From: the human T2T-CHM13v2.0 reference genome, Homo sapiens
NCBI RefSeq assembly: GCF_009914755.1
Contig: NC_060942.1
Direction: 5' to 3' (one strand)
DNA: 64,000 bases
How positions within the stretch are numbered: the first letter of the stretch is position 1; the number at the start of each line of letters is the position of its first letter. Positions 61,047-64,000 of the stretch are shown here, piece by piece. Under the pieces are notes generated by a model, which was not told the DNA's origin, ran no database searches, and worked only from the letters and a program-made list of their open reading frames with translations. A program made the translations under genes and the position numbers.

Positions 61047-63405
61047 TCCATAGCCAACATCATATTGAATGGGCAGAAGCTCGAACCATTTCCCTTGAGA
61101 ATTGGAACAAGACAAGGTCTCACCATTCCTATTTAACATAATATTGGAAGTTGTAGCCAGAGCAGTCAGGCAAGAGAAAGAAATAAAGGCCTCCAAATAG
61201 GAAAAAAAAGGAGTAAAACTCTGTCTTCACTGATGATATGATTCTATGCCTAGGAAATCTTAAAGACTCTGCCAAAAGGCTTCTAGAACTGATAAACGAC
61301 TTTAGTAAAGTTTCAGGGTACAAAATCAGTTTTCAAAAATCAGCATTTCTATACACCAAAAATGTTCTAGCTAAGAGCCAAATCAAGAGCACAGTCCCAT
61401 TTACAATAGCCACACACACAAAAATGAAGTACCTAGGAATACAGCTAACCAAGGAGGTGAAAGATGTCTGCAAGGAGAAATACAAAACACTGTTGAAAAT
61501 TCATGCTTATGGACTGAAAGAATTGATATCATTAAAATAGCCATACTGCCCAAAGCAATTGACAGATTCAATGTTACTCCTGTCAAACTACCAATGTCAT
61601 TTTTCACAGAATTAGAGAAAACTCTTTTAAAATTCATATAGGACCAAAAAAGAGCCTGAATAGCCAAAACAATTAGAAGCAAAAAAAAAAAAAAACAACA
61701 ACAACAAAGCCAAGTGGCATCACATTACCTGACTTCAGACTATACTGTAAGGCTACAGTGATCCAAACAGCATGGCACTGATACAAAAACAGACACATAG
61801 ACCAATTGAACAGAATAGAGAACCCAGAAATAAAGCTGCACACCTACAACTATCTGATCTTTGACATTGTCAACAAAAATAAGTAATGGGGCCTGGCCAC
61901 AGTGGCTCACACCTTTTATAATCCTAGCACTTTGGGAGGCTGAGGCAGGTGGATCGCTTGCAGTCAGGAGATTCAGACCAGTATGGTCAACATGGCGAAA
62001 CCCCATCTCTACTAAAAAAATACAAAAATTAGCTGGGTGTGGTGGCATATGCCTGTAGTCCCAGCTACTCAGGAGGCCGAGGCAGGGGAATTGCCTGAAC
62101 CTGGGAGGGGGAGGTTGCAGTGGGCCAAGATCACGCCACTGCACTACAGCCTAGGTGACACAGTGAGACTCTATCTCAAAAAAAAAAAAAGTAGTGGGGA
62201 AAGGACTGATTCTATACATGGTGCTGGGATAACTCATTATCTATGTGCGGAAGAATGAAACTGGACCCCTACTTTTCACCATATATAAAAATTAACTTGA
62301 GATGGATTAAAGATTTAAATGTAAGACCTCAAACTGTAAAAGTCCTAGAAGAAAACCCAGGAAATACCCTGCCTGACATCGGCCTTGGCAAAGAATTTAT
62401 GGCAAACTCTCCAAAAGCAATTTCAACAAAAACAAAAATTGACAAGTGGAACCTAACTAAACTAAGGGCTTCTGCACAGCAGAAGATACTATCAACAGAG
62501 TAAACAGACCACCTACAGAATGGAAGAAAATATTTGCGAACTATATATCTGACAAAGGTCTAATATACAGAATCAATAAGGAACTTAAAAATCAACAAGA
62601 AAAAACCCCATTAAAAAATAGGTAAACAACATGAACAGACATTTCTGAAAAGAAGACATACAAGCAGCCAACAAACATGAAAAGATGCTCATCATCACTA
62701 ATCATCAGAGAAATGCAAATCAGAACCACAATGAGATACCACTCATACTAGTCAAAATGTCTGTTACTAAGAAGTCAAAAAACAGATGCTGGTGGGGCTG
62801 CAAAGAGAAGCGAACACTTATACGCTGTTGGTGGGAATGTAAATTAGGTTAGCTACTGTGGAAAGCGGTTTGAAGATTTCTTAAAGAACTAAAAATAGAA
62901 CTACCATTTGACCCAGCAGTGCCATTACTGGGTATATATCCAAGAGAAAATAAATCATTCTATAAAAAAGACATATGCACTTGTATGTTTATCGCAGCAC
63001 TACTCAAAACAGCCAAGACATGGAATCAGCAGAGGTGTTAATTGACAGTGGGTTGGATAAATAAAAAGTGGTACATATACACCATGGAATACTACACAAC
63101 CATAAAAAAGAACAAGATCATGTTTTTTGTAGCAATGTGAATGGCCATTATCCTAAGCAAATTGGTGCAGGAGTAGAAAACCAGATACTACATGTTCTCA
63201 CTTACAAGTGGGAGCTAAACATTAAGTACACTTGGACGTAAAGATGGGAACAATAGACACTGGGAACTACTAGAAAGTGGGAGTGAGGGGTTGTGTGGGC
63301 TGAAAAACTACCTCCTAGATAACTGTGCTCACTACCTGGGTGACGAGATCATCTGTACCCCAAACTTGTACTTGTACCTCTTGAATCTAAAATAAAAGCT
63401 GAATT
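61047..63405 (+). mobile_element. Old primate L1 3' fragment (L1PA15/16-like) with Alu inserted at ~61891-62190
   Basis: Decayed ORF2 pieces ([37 protein letters not shown]) followed by L1 3' UTR and AATAAA. Confidence 0.85.
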
Positions 63406-64000
63406 TTTTTTTTAATCTAAGATCATAGTTACCTTTCCTTGAATGCTCCTTCCACAACTTCATGAAGAAAAAACCAGATGTTCTCTGTCACCGCACAATT
63501 ATAATCTTTATTAAGTATATAATATGTCCTATTAGGCAAAATTTTTAAAACTATATTTTATACATTTGAAAAGAATAAGATAATTCAATCAGCTACATCT
63601 TACACATTATCACTGGCATCAAGTTATTTTGGAAGTACTTCTACTAATTCTGGAAATGTTGTCCCTGGCTCTTGTGTGCAAAGAACACCAGCAGGCTAGC
63701 AGATTAATTTCCAAATCGTTGTAGAGAACTTAAACCCTAAGGTCTCCAAACTGAGTAACTTCCTGTTCCCCACCCTAAGAAATTTAAGACACGCGTGCCT
63801 TCAATTCTTAATTGTTCTTAACAGATTGTAATAATGTAGTATTACTCAGCCCATCAGCTCTTCTCTTTGCTTCCTGTGATCTTTAAAACAAAAAAAATCA
63901 CCCCTTCATTGTATTCTCTATGAATAAACATCTCTATCATTTATGCTTACACATTTCATAGGTGGCATGAAGAAAAAAGCCTATATTTAATTGACTTTAT

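Overview
Primate, almost certainly human, genomic DNA (an AluYa5 is present) covering the 5' part of TAF4B, the germ-cell-enriched TFIID subunit, on the + strand. It has a CpG-island promoter at ~9.0-10.1 kb and coding exons 1-5 (9735-10077, 47312-47457, 49658-49765, 56799-56960, 57067-57189; 294 codons, all GT-AG, phases consistent); the gene continues past the window. The 37 kb intron 1 holds an antisense ERV9/LTR12 provirus (14483-28608, 4-bp TSD) with a full-length L1PA4-6-type LINE-1 nested in its leader (21359-27519), a SINHCAF/FAM60A processed pseudogene, a very decayed PSMA5-like retrocopy, a second 5'-truncated L1PA, an AluYa5, and many older Alu, L1M, L2, MaLR/ERVL and DNA-transposon relics. 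I see no new enzyme or gene system. The best leads are regulatory and evolutionary: an L1 antisense-promoter/ORF0 unit aimed at TAF4B exon 2 in compatible phase, a tRNA-Pro-type PBS on the ERV9, apparent gene conversion between two L1s 20 kb apart, local templated copies, and a uORF in the TAF4B leader. Family and subfamily calls rest on recalled consensus sequences; mismatch counts were made by eye.
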